Shown here: in pieces, positions 1 through 13,279 of the stretch
How the letters are laid out: every line of letters starts with the position of its first letter
How positions within the stretch are numbered: the first letter of the stretch is position 1
Source of the DNA: the human T2T-CHM13v2.0 reference genome, Homo sapiens
Length of the DNA stretch: 64,000 nucleotides
Assembly (NCBI RefSeq): GCF_009914755.1
Contig: NC_060930.1
Strand: one strand, 5' to 3'
Program-made: the position numbers and the translations under genes
The notes under the pieces: generated by a model
The model's input: only the letters and a program-made list of their open reading frames with translations
Told to the model about the DNA's origin: nothing
Database searches by the model: none

Positions 1-19
1 AATAGAGAGGCAGTTTGCT

Positions 20-165
20 GTCTGAATTTTGGAATCAGACCTGGATTGAGTGCCGACTTCCTGCTCTGCTGTAACCCTTGGCAAGGCACTTCATCTCTCT
101 CTCTCTCTCACTCTCTCTCTGAGACCCCATATTTTTATTAAAATGGAGAAAATCTATCCTATTAG
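20..165 (+). mobile_element. MIR SINE fragment interrupted by a (CT)n microsatellite (about 94-120)
   Basis: TTGGAATCAGACCTGGATT...CCCTTGGCAAGGCACTTCATCTCTCT...TAAAATGGAGA follows the MIR core. Confidence 0.55.
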
Positions 166-1713
166 CTGAAAGAGAGACTATTCTATAGCCTGACATGTCA
201 GAAACTTTTTATAAGTGTTAGGCTATTATTGTTGTTTTAATTGTCATCAATGTACCACAAATGTTAGTTTCCTTTCTCCTTTTTCACAATTTCATAGCAT
301 TCAAGGGTACTTCTTCTTTTGGACCTCAGAGCAAAGGAGAATGCTAAAATTTGAGCTCCAAGATCTGTCAGTACAGATGAGCAAGATCTCTGAGCTCCCT
401 CACGCTCCCTGCTTGTCTATAGTGGTTAAAGAGTGGAGCCAGTTTCTGGGAGAGAGCAGTGAGTGCTGGTAAGATGTGCCTTAGATCAGCAAGTACAGGA
501 GTGGGCCAGTCCCTGACTGCTCTCTGTAGCAGCCCCACTCCTAGTCACCAGTGGGGATGGCAGCTAGCTGAATCACCTTAATATTGGGATAAGTCATGGC
601 ATGAATTAGTTCCAAAAGGAGGTAAGTATATCCAAAAGAAGGTAAAGAATATTATTTTGGAGTGGGAGGTTTTGCATGTCACTACAGAAAGTCAATATTC
701 TTTTAAAGTATTCAGTACTGGGGATTTGGGGGAGCCTAAAAAAGGTCACACTCTCTTCCCACCATCCTTCCTCATCCTGCCACTTCCTGTGTAGTGCTTT
801 TAAACTGAGTACTTGCTAAGACCCAGCAGTGGTGCCAGGTTTTATGGAGATGAGCTCTCTGTTCTGGATCTATCACCTAAGACTATCCAGGCAATTGGCC
901 TCCAGAGAGGTCTTCTGTTTTTGTTCCTCTTCTGTCTTCCCTTCTTTCACCTGCTAAGCATCCACTAAACTCTTACCCTTCTCTTCCTGCAAAAACTTGT
1001 GGGTTGATAATAGATTAACTATCAATCCAGTGTATCTAAGACCCTATATTATATTTCCCAAGGTTAGCTGTATCTTAGAAAAGTATGGAGAAGTATATGT
1101 GCATGTTTGATGTATTCTAGTAGATTGTAAGCTTCCTAAGGTCAGAAACCTCATGATGTTTATGTACTGATTGGCCAAATCTAGAACAGCAGATAATTTG
1201 TTTCAGCTTGATGCAGCCCCATGACTAAACTTCCAAGAAGCCACATGACATAGCAGGGAGGACAAGGACTTGGAGTCAGAAGAGGGTGCCCGAGGCTTGT
1301 TGGCTCTGTCACTGGCTCTATGAATTTGAGTAACTACTCAACATGCTGAGCTTCTGCCTGAAGTATTTAGACAGGATGATCCCAGTGGTGACACATAGCA
1401 CCAACATTTTATGGTCCTGAATCCACTTTATAGCTGAGAGTGACTTCATCTTTCTCTGAATTAACTGCCATGGCATTTTCTGTCTTCCTCTTTTAAGGGA
1501 TATAGCACTCCTACCTTGTATTATAGTGATTGCAAACTATTTCTTATCTTCTCTGTTAGGCATAAGCCCCATGAGTTCAGGACAGGTGTCTACATCAGTG
1601 TTTCCAAAAGAGCCAGCTCCATGTTTTGCACAACTGTGCTCAATAAGTAGTTTTGAGTGAATAAAATCTGACCCTTTATAACATACACTAATTTGATTTA
1701 AAAAGAGGGCAAT

Positions 1714-2009
1714 GGCTGGGCACAGTGGCTCTCACCTGTAATCCCAGCACTTTGAGAGCCTGAGGCAGAAAGATTGCTTGAGCCCAGGAGTTGGAGATCA
1801 GCCTGGGCTACATAGTGAGACCCTGTCTCTGTTTTTTCAAAAAATAGCTGGTTGTGGTGGCATGCATTTGTAGTTTCAACTACTCGGAAGGCTGAGGTGG
1901 GAGGATCGCTTGAGCCGAGGAAGTTGAGGCTGCAGTGAACCATGATTGCACCAATGCACTTCATCCTGTGTGACAGAGCAAGACCCTGCTTCAAAAAAAT
2001 AAAAATAAT
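1714..2009 (+). mobile_element. AluJ, full-length dimer
   Basis: Starts GGCTGGGCACAGTGGCTC; J-type TTGCTTGAGCCCAGGAG and GAGGCTGCAGTGAACCATGATTGC; degenerate A tail; decayed TSD AGAGGGCAA/AGAGAGCAA. Confidence 0.93.
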
Positions 2010-3439
2010 TAGAGAGCAAGCTAACACTCTCCCATTGTTTGGCAGAGACAGCTAGACTTTGGGGGCACTGGTACACATAGGCTCCTTCTCTGTCAGGTAT
2101 TACTGTCTTGTCTCCATGTCAGCCAGGATATATACAGTCATGCTTGTGGTTGTTATTTTTGTTTGAAGGGTACAGGCTGAATGGTCTAGAACAATTATTC
2201 ACCTCTTTCCCTTAGCTAATGTATAGAATGTGGCAGAAAAGAAGGAGGCTTTATGATGGCAGAAAGGAGAAAGACACATGGGAAATTTTTTCTCATCTGA
2301 TGAAGATAGGTAGTGGGTATTGAGTTGTGTCTTCCTAGTCCCCAGTATGGGCAGACGGAGAGGCCTGCCTGTTCCTGTGGCATGGTTTCTTTGTCCATAT
2401 TTGTCAGCTCTGTAAAACTCTCCCAGGGAAATGGAGATTTTTTTTAAAAAAAGGAGTGAGAAGACAGCTCTACTCTTGTTTGAAATGTATGTCTCTAGAT
2501 TCCTCTTCTGTAATGGATTCCAGAATAACCAGTAGACTGCTCTTTAGATCTTTAGAGTAATACTGCTAAGAGAAGATACAATAAATCCCTATGAAGAGTC
2601 TTTTTTTTATTTTAACTCCTTCTACCAGTGAGGTCTTTGGGACTGCAGCCCTGCCTCCATCAGGCCGTTATACTCACCTTAAACTGAAGTTCCCCCAAGC
2701 AGCCTTTTATGCTGTAGCCAACCCAGAGCCTCAGCCTAAGCCAGCTGGCCCAGAATTCACACACTTTTTCCCTAGAAGATTGGTGCTTCTGGAGCTTCTG
2801 CTGCTACTGCTGAATGCCACCAAGTGGCTGAACTTTGCTGTTGCCTCTGTTACTGATGCCATCTCCATGGTCAAACCAATTTCCCATTGCTGAGCCTGGG
2901 TACAAGCTTGGATCTTGCATGTTGGAGGCATTGCTAAAGTGGTCCAGTTTTGTTGCCTTTCCCTCCTGCTCTGGGTTCTCCTGCTTCTCTTTTCCTAGCC
3001 CCATCCCCACACAGCAGTGAAAGTCCTTTTCAGTGAGCTAACGCACTCTGGCTATTCTTGCTGAAGATCTTTTCCTTGACTGCCAGGTCCAAGGGTGTGG
3101 TGGGGTATGATGTGAAATAGTACTTCCTTTGTACCTCTCCTTGTAGCTGTAGGAATCTCCATGTATTGACACATGGAAGCTGATCTCTGTTCCCCTTCAG
3201 GCCAGTTAGGTTTCCTTGAGCTCAATTGGATGTATGTTTATTCCCATCCATGTATCATCTAAATCTTTATATGGTAGATTTTCAGTACATTTATCTTGTA
3301 AATCTTAGGATTATTTATTTTAGAAACTATCAACATTCTAGCAGTTATTCATTAGTCATCAAAATTAATGCTAACCGCAATATAACACAATCCCTGAATA
3401 ACTGTGGAATAACTCAATAGTTTTCTTCTCACTTAAGAG

Positions 3440-3760
3440 CCGAGTGAATCAGGTGGCTCTTCTGTGCATCCTTCTTTCAATTGGTGATTCAGGGACCCAG
3501 AAGTTAACTCCTTTTTGTGGAGCTGACTTCCATGGAACTCCTTTTTGTGGAGTTGACTTCCATGGAACTTGACTTCCATGTTTGCAGTGGAAAGGGAGGA
3601 AAGAGTATAGAGAAAGTGCACCTGTTCTTAATTACCTCAGCCTGGAAGTGACATTGTAATTTCTGTTCACATTCTACTGGCAAGAAATCATCCCCAAAGC
3701 CCCATGTACCTGCAGAAGAATCTGGAGAAATGTAGCATTTCTTTGTTCCCAGGAAAAAGG
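3440..3760 (-). mobile_element. MLT1 (J/K/L-type) MaLR LTR fragment
   Basis: TTCTGTTCACATTCTACTGGCAAGAA...CTGCAGAAGAATCTGGAGAAATGTAG matches the reverse complement of the MLT1 core. Confidence 0.6.
3506..3580. repeat. 30-bp tandem duplication (2 copies plus a partial copy)
   Basis: AACTCCTTTTTGTGGAGYTGACTTCCATGG at 3506-3535 and 3536-3565 (1 mismatch), then AACTTGACTTCCATG. Confidence 0.95.
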
Positions 3761-5184
3761 AAATAAAACAATTTGATGACTACCTAGCTTTCTGTCTGTC
3801 ATAAGTTTTAAAGGGAAATTTTTATCTTTTCTGTGCTGGAGAAACACCAAGGCCAGTATGCCCCTGGACTCAAATGACAGAGAAAGTAGAATCTACTGTT
3901 GAATCAGGTGTAAAAACTAGGTGGAGTGCTATAGGCCATTATTTGGCTTTGCACTTATGGAACTGGTTCAAGGACAAAGTTCTCTTTGAGGTCGGGGAGA
4001 AATACATGTCATGGAATTGAAACAAGGTGCCCGCAGGAAGATGAGGATGTGAAGAACTAAGGGATACCCACTTATTGTGGTAACAGCCATATCAGTGTTA
4101 AAAGCCCCCAAAGCCATTCTATTACAGATTTCCATAGTCTTTTTATTACCAAAGTAGTTGCCAGTGACTTGAAACTTGGGAAAGTTTTGCCAACAAGCTG
4201 TAGTGATATTCCAAAATCCATGATTTGATCACCTCTTTTCTGGTCTTTTACTTTTAGTACTAATACATGCTATCAGCACTCGCCCTTCAGACTGTCTTGG
4301 TTAACACTTTATTTGTATCTTTAATGATTTAACAGATGTCAAATCTTGTTATTGGTTTGACAAGGGTTGACATTGCTCTATGTCTTTGCTCAGGTCTGGT
4401 TAATTTATGAGAGGATAACAGAGCACTGATGTTATTTTCTTGTGCTTTGATGGAAGTTTTAGTGTCCCAACTACCCTGTGGAAGGAGCTTTATACTTCTA
4501 AAGTGGTTGCAGTGTTCTTGTTAAGTTTTTTTTTTCCATTACAGTCTGCATTTTACCTTCTCACCGAACAGTATATTGTAATACCATTTAGGATAGTTGG
4601 TTCAACACCAGTACCATCAAATTTTCCAGATGATAACTACAGCAGAGAAGAAAACTAGAAATCTTTCTATTCTAGGAGAGAAAATGGACATTGCAAGCTA
4701 ATCTGTATTGGGTCAAAGAGACTAGAAAAACATATGTGTTGTCTATTTTTAGAACAATTGCATTTATTGTTTAAAATAGCTTAACATTATTCTTATTTCT
4801 GAACTTGTATGGTAGTCTTACAAGTCCTCCAGAATCTTATAAATTGCTTTATTGGCTAATGTTCACTGGCCATATCAAAAGCACCTAAGGAAGGCTCTAG
4901 CCAAATAAAATAATTTAATGGAGATCCACCGAGTGACAGGAGATACATGTTACAAACTGTACTGACCACAGAGAAGATGTGGCCTTGGCCTTCAGGAGTT
5001 TATAGCCAAGTAAACTGTATGGTAAATAAAAAATCAATTAACTCTACTAATAAAGCAAGGAAAGCATAGTCAGAGGCAAACCCATGATAGTACCTAAAGG
5101 AAATGTAGGTAAAAGTATTTGGGTAATATTCTTTTAGGGAAAAATGTCAAAAAGTGTCCAAGTAGGAGTCAGGACAAAGCAAAC

Positions 5185-5395
5185 CATAAGAATTGAGAGG
5201 TTGTTTCTGGTACAGATTCTTTCACTTACTACCTGTATGACTTTGGGTAAGTTCTTTAACTTTTATGAGCCTCCATTTCCTCAAATGAAAAATGAAGAGC
5301 GTAATGTGGGCCCTGGCAAATGCATTAACTGACTCTGCAGGTTGGATGAGACTATATATTTGAAAGTGCTTTAGGATGGTAAAGTGCCACATAAA
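5185..5395 (+). mobile_element. MIR SINE
   Basis: CACTTACTACCTGTATGACTTTGGGTAAGTTCTTTAAC...GAGCCTCCATTTCCTCAAATGAAAAATG core. Confidence 0.75.
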
Positions 5396-6204
5396 GTAAA
5401 GGCAAGGAGAGGCCTTACTCTTGTACTTCCTCATGTCATTCTCTCCTCTCTGCTTTCTCCTTTCCCCCCTCCACACCCCCACATCCACACACAAACAGCT
5501 GTGACCCTTCATTTCAGCACATGGAAGAAGCCAACAGGAAGCAACATATTTTAGGGAGGTGGGATGAGGGGGAGAATTTTTTGATATCCTATTTGGCATC
5601 CTGAATATATGTAAAAACAGTAATTTTGGTGAATAATTTTTCCACCAAACATTTGCTTCCAGGCTGCTGAAAACATTTGCTTTGTGAATAAAGACATAAT
5701 TTAACTATGAGAGGAGGTAGCCCTTGGTGGTGGCTCTAGATCAGTTGTCTGAAAATCAATTTGCCAGATTACCAATTGCAGGGTAACCATCCAGGAAGTA
5801 CATTTTACCAGAAAGAAGAGCGCTTTAAAAGGCTTCTCACTAGCAGAAGTAGAGGCAAGGATGGGGCATATGCCACTGGGAAAAGAGAAGGCTGTAAACT
5901 GTACTTAAAGGAAAGCTTGTCTGCTCATGTTTTAAATGTTAAATCCTGGAAAAATGCTTCAGCATCTGAAATGTGAATCACATGGGAAACTGACATTGAA
6001 ATGAACAGACCTATGAAATCATCTGTGAAAACTGCTGATGTAGTTTCGCTAAATCTACTACTGATTAGTTTCACTAAAACTAACATTTTGAAAAAAAATC
6101 AATAACAATTCAGTGAATTAGTTATTTAACAACTTGGTCAGACCAGTAAAGGGTGACTATTGATTCAAATGAGAGTGGATTGTGTCCAAACTGCTTTTTT
6201 CACA

Positions 6205-6212
6205 TGTGTGTT

Positions 6213-6253
<41 letters not shown>
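6205..6253. repeat. (TG)n microsatellite
   Basis: Directly visible; pure tract 6219-6252. Confidence 0.97.
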
Positions 6254-6256
<3 letters not shown>

Positions 6257-7139
6257 GGAAGGGGGAATACTGCAGGGGTGTCATTTAGGCAGTGGAAATT
6301 TTTAAAGCTGGGTAGGAGAGTCATAATTTTTCTACAGTTTGTGCAATTTGGGGAAGGATCTAGAATGGTGTTGAAGGTAAGAGATAGGAGTGGAGGCAAA
6401 TGCTGGGGAATGTATCCCATAGAACTCAGGTGTGCAAGACCCATCCCAGGAGCACTGAAGTCTGGATAGAAAGAAGCCAATCAGATTTCAGCAGTAGCCA
6501 CAGTAGGTTTAGAGCTCTGATGAGGAATGGCTATGGAACCCCCAGGTGGTCAGAGATGTGGATTGGTGGCATCAATGCCAGCATCTGAAGAGTTAAGAAC
6601 CTGACAGCTAATGCTGGTCCAGAAGTCAGAAACCCCATGTTCTGGCCCCAGATCTTCCCTTAAATTGGCTTAGATCCATGCTTCTCAAACTCTGTCAAGG
6701 ACTAATTTAAAAAATTTCCAATTCTTTTTGGACTGATACATGGTCCTAGTATACATGACTTACACACAGCTTGTGCCATGTATGATTTACCGAGAGAATT
6801 AGATTACACTCAAACTGGTATGTACTCTATTCAACGAGGTAAGTATACTGATCATGAGCTTAGATGTTACAGAAATGTAAAATTTCTGTGAATTCTTAAG
6901 TGTTTATTCTCAACTTTTGATCTTACCTCTTTATGCATTAGTAACAAACCGTTTGTAGACTATCACTGGAGATGATCTCTAAGGTATTTTCTACTCTGAC
7001 AGTAAAATGCTGATGTGGGAGGGGCACTTATCTTTCAAATACAGAAATGCTTCCTTTATGTATTGTTGGAGAGTGAGACTGAGACTGTGTATTAGGGAAT
7101 TTCTCCGAGAATGGAAGCTTGAAACACTGGGTAAGAGGA

Positions 7140-8010
7140 TGCTGATGGTCTTGCACCTTTTATTCCTCCTTCTTCCTTAGTATCGGAACCCGTAATCTTT
7201 AGCTGAACTCATAACTCCTGGAATAGAAATTACATTTCCCAGATTCCTTGCAGTTGCTGCAGTCATGCGCTAAATTCTGGACGATAGGATGTAAGCAGAA
7301 GTGCTTTTTTCAGTGGGCTGGTTCAGGTTCTTGACTTCAACACACAAAATTTGAGAGCAAGTCCAAAGTGAAGGTAGGTAAAGAAGTTTATTGCAAAGTG
7401 AACATACACTCTGATAGTTTGGTCAGAGCAGACTGTTCTAGAATGAGACAATACCATATGGCACTGAGGAAACTTCCTTTATGGGAATCTTGCATGATTA
7501 TTTATAAAGGGATGGGAATGGGCATTGTTGTTAAGCATATTGTGAGTGGTCTCCTGGATGTGCATGTGATATTGCTGTACATACTAGTACATATATGACA
7601 TGTCTCATTAACATTTTAATTCTCCACCCAGGGGTGTGTTTTTTATTATTATAGTGAGCATAGGTCAGCCCAAGGAGACTACTCATGGGTTTCTGTACTT
7701 GTGTGAATATGAGGATTTCCCTTCTGCTCTTTTACTCCCTTGTTGCAGGATGTTCTAGCCACAAGATCAGGGTGCAATTTGTGCACTGTTGAGCAGTTTG
7801 CTCTCTCCATCATTATGGCAAGTTTGTGCCCCTTTAAGGGAGGCTATGATCACCCTCTCTAAGCTACCTCAGTGTGACAACTTATGGGAAGCCTCCTGAA
7901 AGGAAAATAACTGGAAAGTGGACATAATTCCTTTATATGTTTAGCTGTCTTGGGAATGGAGGCCATGTAAGGCACAGCCACAAGCTAGATGGAGCCTTGA
8001 TGCCTTCCAC
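7140..8010 (+). mobile_element. MLT1 (H/J-type) LTR split by an ERV1 LTR insertion
   Basis: TACATTTCCCAGATTCCTTGCAGTTG...TAAATTCTGG...GATGTAAGCAGAAGTG before 7304; resumes GTGTGACAACTTATGGGAAG after 7871. Confidence 0.6.
7305..7871 (-). mobile_element. ERV1-class solo LTR (subfamily uncertain; LTR19/MER4-group-like)
   Basis: Minus strand starts TGAGGTAG at 7871; reverse AATAAA at AAGTTTATTG; CTCCACCCAGGGGTGTGTTTTTTATTATTATA block; candidate 4-bp TSD GTGC/GTGT. Confidence 0.6.
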
Positions 8011-8099
8011 CACAGCCCAGCGTATAAGTGGGAAAGGTGAATTTAAAGCTACATTTAGAATTTTAAGTGTTTCATTTATGAATTTTGTCTTTGTGGGCA

Positions 8100-9010
8100 C
8101 TTTGGAGTATTAAAGTGTTTCATTTGTTTATTTGGGTGTTTTTAAGCAGAGTAATGTTGTGACTTTAAATACTAAAACTTAAATATTAGGGAAATAAGTC
8201 AGACAACACTGTGAAAGATACATTAGATGGAGAAAAGAATGGAAAAGCAGGTAGTAATATACTGCAGTCTATTATATACTACAATCTACTACAGCATAGA
8301 TGAGAACATGACACAAGGCATCGGCCGTGAGGAAGGGAGATGCATGTGAGACATGTTTTTACAGAAACAAAGAGATTTGGGTATTGGCCAGGTATGGGCG
8401 ATAAAGGAAAGTGAGGGGTCAGATAGTTTCAGTGTAGATGATGGTACTTTTAACTGATATTGGACTCAAAAAGCAAATAAAGTTTAGGGAGAAAGGTGAT
8501 TTTAGTAACTTGGGGAATGCTGAGATAATGCCCACAAAACATGAAGGTTTAATGGTCATACAAATGTTTTGTAAATTTCTATAATCTGCTCCTGAGGGCA
8601 TGTTTTTCTTTTTTCCTGTAGTGTCCCAACAAATGGTGTTAATGACAAAATAATTTACGAATTGAAAGTTCTCAGGAGGAGATGGGACTTGAAAGTCAGT
8701 GATATATGTATAATGCTGTGAGAGCTGGTGAAATGAACAATCCTGAGCAGAGGTAAAAAGAGAATTTAGGAACCTTAGGAAATCTCCTCCTTTAGGAATA
8801 AAGAGGAAAACCAGTGAGAGGATGTTTCAGAAGGGGTGAAAAGACAAAAATGTGTTCAAGAAAACAGTTTCTTGAAAGAGATGAGATGTTGAAGAATGAG
8901 ATGTTGGTGAGTTATATTAAATGCCACCAAAGAGGCAAATTTCATAGAAACTAAGGTCAATGACTTTGGAATTAAGAGTTTGACAGTGATCATTGAGAGA
9001 GCAATTTCTA
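8100..9010 (-). mobile_element. L2 LINE remnant
   Basis: Purine-rich degenerate L2 phrases (TTTTAAGCAGAGTAATG; TGACAGTGATCATTGAGAGAGCAATTTC). Confidence 0.55.
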
Positions 9011-9015
9011 TAGAG

Positions 9016-9190
9016 TGGTGATTCTTACACTTTAGAATCATCTGGAGGGCTTGTTTAACACAGAATACTGGACCACACCCACCCTCTATCCTCCTATTCT
9101 GATTCAGTAAGCCTGGGAAATTTGCATTCTTAACAAGTTACCAGGCAATCCTGCTGTCGCTGATCCAGGACTATACTTGAAGAATCACTG
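9016..9190 (-). mobile_element. MER5A hAT-Charlie MITE with 8-bp TSD
   Basis: AGAATCATCTGGAGGGCTTGTTTAACACAGA...GAAGAATCACTG; TSD CTATAGAG at 9008-9015 and 9191-9198. Confidence 0.85.
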
Positions 9191-10148
9191 CTATAGAGCA
9201 CCAAGGATAGAAGAGTTGTTGGACAAAAAAGAAGAAGAAGAAGGAAAGAAAAGCCCACTCTACTCACTAATTAAGACTTCATCACCTACTCCTGATGCAA
9301 GCAACAGAATAGATTTTTCTTAAATATTCGGAGCTGAAGAACTTTTGCCAAGACATACAACTTCTTTTAACTTCTGTTTTCTGTTCTGTATAAATAGGGG
9401 TAATAATAAAACTTGCCTCTACTCATTGCTCTTAGGAGTAAAAGAAATAATATTCCAGGGATATGACAGCATTCACTTCAGTGTTTGGTTCTCAAATAAT
9501 TGTGGAATCTGAGCATATACATTATTTATCCAAAGACGAAATAGCCTTTACACAGATTAATGTATTTAGTTTTAATAACTGCCTATAGAAACTTTCTGCA
9601 GCCCTCCAAAAGGTGTCTTTGTAATTAGTACTCTAATGCCATCTGTAAATTAAAAATTCAGCAAATACAAAAGGCATGATGACTGTTTTCAGAGACAATG
9701 GAATTTTATAGTACATGCCACAAAACGTTTTCCTTCTTTCTTTTTTAACATGTGCTGTTTAAAAAATTCTGTCTACTGAAATATTATCCTCTGGTATTTT
9801 AAATAAACATTTTAATTAATTGCTTATCATTTAGTTTATTAATGTGATGAGTGAATATAAATCACTAAAACATGTTTGAGGAAAGACTATGAAAATCTAT
9901 TTAATAAAAAAGTGAATGTTTGCTAAAGAATTTAACTGGATGCCAAAATAAACACTGTCAATATTTTTCATTAAATAAAACAGTATATATTTAAAAACAA
10001 AACAGTATATATTTAAGTCATACTAGGTTTAAATAATTAAACTCCACAAGGATAGGTAAATAAACCAGGATTTTGAAAAATTAAATTTAAATAATTTTAA
10101 CGAATATCCTAATCCAGTAATTATCTTTAGCCAGGCAGTGGTTATTGA

Positions 10149-10470
<322 letters not shown>

Positions 10471-10970
10471 TGAATGCTTTTTTTATGGTTATAGAACAAT
10501 AATATTTTAAAGTGTTCCTGAATTTTGAGAGAAGGAAAATATTATCTATGATAATATTGGTTTTATATAATTTTCTGAGGGTTTAAATTAGATAATATAA
10601 ACATACTTGGAACAGAGTACACATCGTAATAATAACAACAATAATAAACATAGTAGCTATTGCTATTTTTGTCTGAAATTGCAGCCAAATCATTACTCTA
10701 TTAGCCCAGTTTAATCACTAGTACATCACCATATAGTAGATATTATCTCTAGACTCATTTTACAGGTGAGGTAATTAAGCCTTAGAAAAGTGAAGTAGCA
10801 TCCTAAGCAACACAGCTAATATGTATCCAACACATCTAATTTTAATTCTAAGGGTTTAATTACAAAACATGCTGAAGTTAACTTGAATACAGAAAATATG
10901 TCTAAATGGAGATTGTGATCATTTAGAGAGTTACCAAAACATGCCAAATAAAATTCTACACATATTTTTC

Positions 10971-11884
10971 CACATTTTTGCAATTGTGAATTGTGCTGCT
11001 ATAAATATGCATGTTCAAGTATCTTTTTCATATAAAGACTTCTTTTCCTCTGGGTAGATACCCAATAGTGGGATTGCTGGATCAAATGACAGTTCTGCTT
11101 TTAGACCTTTAAGGAATCTCCACACCATTTTCCATAGTGGGCATACTAGTTTACATTCCCCCCAGCAGTGTAGAGGTGTTCCCTGTTCACATCCATGCCC
11201 ACATCTATTATTTTTTGATTATGGCCATTCTTGCAGGAGTAAGGTGGTATCACATTGTGGTTTTGATTCGCATTTCCCTTATCATTAGTAATGATGAGTA
11301 TCTTTCATATGTTTGTTGGCCATTTGTGTATCTTCTTTTGAAGATATCTATTTATGTCCTTAGCCCACTTTGTGATATGATTGTTTGGTTTTTTTCTTGC
11401 TAATTTGTTTGAGTTCATTGTAGACTCTGGGTATTAGTCCCTTGTCACAACTGCAAAAATGTGGAATCAACCCAAATGTCCATCAATCAACAAGTGGATA
11501 AAGAAACTGTGTACATGTATATATGATGGAATACTACTCAGCCATAAAAAGGAATGAATTAATGGTATTCACAGCAACCTGGATGGGATTGGATACTATT
11601 ATTCTAAATGAAGTAACTCAGGAATGGAAAACCAAGCATCATATGTTCTCACTCATAAGTGGGACCTAAACTATGTGCATACAAAGACTTAAGAATGATA
11701 CAATAGACTTGGGGACTCATGGGGAAAGGGTGGGAAGGGGGTGAGGGATAAAAGACTACAAATAGGGTTCAGTGTACACTGCTTGGGTGATGGGTGCACC
11801 AAAATCTCACAAATCACCACTAAAGAACTTACTCATGTAGCCAAATACCACCTGTTCCCCAAAAAAACCTACGGAAGTAAAAAC
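10971..11884 (+). mobile_element. 5'-truncated, 5'-inverted L1PB1 (twin-priming product)
   Basis: 10971-11447 is antisense ORF2 3' sequence; 11445-11884 is sense and ends in an L1PB1-type 3'UTR (CACCACTAAAGAACTTACTCATGTA...); 21-bp TSD AAAATTCTACACATATTTTTC at 10950-10970 and 11885-11905. Confidence 0.9.
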
Positions 11885-11905
11885 AAAATTCTACACATAT
11901 TTTTC

Positions 11906-12855
11906 AAATAATATTTCCGATAAAGGTCTTGCATCTAAAATGCATAAAAATCTCTTACAACTGAATAATAAAAAGACAACCCAATTTAAAACTGGGCAAA
12001 AGATCTGAATAGACATTTCTCCAAAGAGGATATACAAATAGCCCATAATCACATGAAAAGATGTTTGACGTCATTAGCCACTAGGGAAATGTAAATCAGA
12101 ACTGCAATGACATTGCACTTCACACCACTAGGATGGCTATGATAAAAAAAAAGTCAGATAATAACAAGTACTAGTGAGGATGTGGTGAAATTGGAACTCT
12201 CATGCAATGCTAGTGGGAGTATAAAAGAGGGTGCAACCGTGTTAGAAAACAGTCTGGCAGTTCCTTAAATGATTAAACATAGAGTTGTCATATGAGTCCA
12301 CAAGTCCACTGCTAAATATATACCCAAAAGAGATGAAAATATGTGTTCACCCAGAAACAAATGTAAAATTTACAGCAGCATTATTCATAATAGGCAAAGG
12401 GTAGAAACAACCCAAATACCAACTGATGAATGGATGGATAAATGTGGTATATCCACACAATGGAATATTGTTTGGCCATAAAAATGAATAAGGTACTGAT
12501 ACATGCTACAACATTGATGAGACTTGAAAAACATTATGCTAAGAGAAAGGAGCCAGTCACAAAATACCACATATTACATGCTTCTATTCTTATGCAATGT
12601 CCAGAACAGGCATATCTATAGAAACAGAAAGCAGATTAGTATTTACCTAGGGTTGGAGGAGGTTGAGGGAGGGTGGGGAGAGATGGTAGCTAAGACATAC
12701 AGGGTTTCTTTTTGGGGTGGTTAAAATGTTCTAAAATTGACTGTAATGATACTCACATGTATCTGTGAATATGTTAAAAACATTAAATTCACTTTAGATG
12801 AGTAAATTGTACGATATGTGAACTATATCTCAGTAAAACTGTTTTAAAAATAAAA
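11906..12855 (+). mobile_element. L1MB (MB7/8-like) 3' fragment
   Basis: GGGCAAAAGATCTGAATAGACATTTCTCCAAAG; 3'UTR GGGTTTCTTTTTGGGGTGGTTAAAATGTTCTAAAATTG...ATATCTCAGTAAAACTGTT. Confidence 0.85.
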
Positions 12856-13279
12856 TGTGTGTGCATGCACGTATGTGTGTGCACGCAACACGTTGGGGCA
12901 GAGGGGTGTTTGTGTGCATACTTAAAAATATGATTAATGAAGAGGAATGGGTCCAGATGGTACCAAACACTTCATAGCAACATAATTAAAACATGAAATT
13001 GTGTTAGCAAAATAGTTTTTTCACATATAAACCATGTTTTTAAGATTCTTAATTTTTCATTTTAAGGCATTATCTACTAACTTTCAACACTGGGTGGGGG
13101 GGAAATTAGTTCTCTCTCACACCTCTTCTTTCTCTCCCTCATCACTCACTTGCAGACTTCTCATCTCCTCTCCTCAGAATATAGTTATATCACAATTTTA
13201 CTTAGATCTATATTAGTATTTACATTATTATGACTATGTAAATGGTATTGCAGGTGAGCTTGTTTGATACCTAAATGTC

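Noticed and set aside
1698-2027. 109-aa ORF and similar ORFs at 10149, 17512, 25133 and 62967
   Set aside because: Standard Alu translation artefacts.
6676-6970. Possible hAT-Charlie fragment (CCATGCTTCTCAAACT...), similarly about 46280-46530
   Set aside because: Too diverged to assign a family or boundaries without Dfam.
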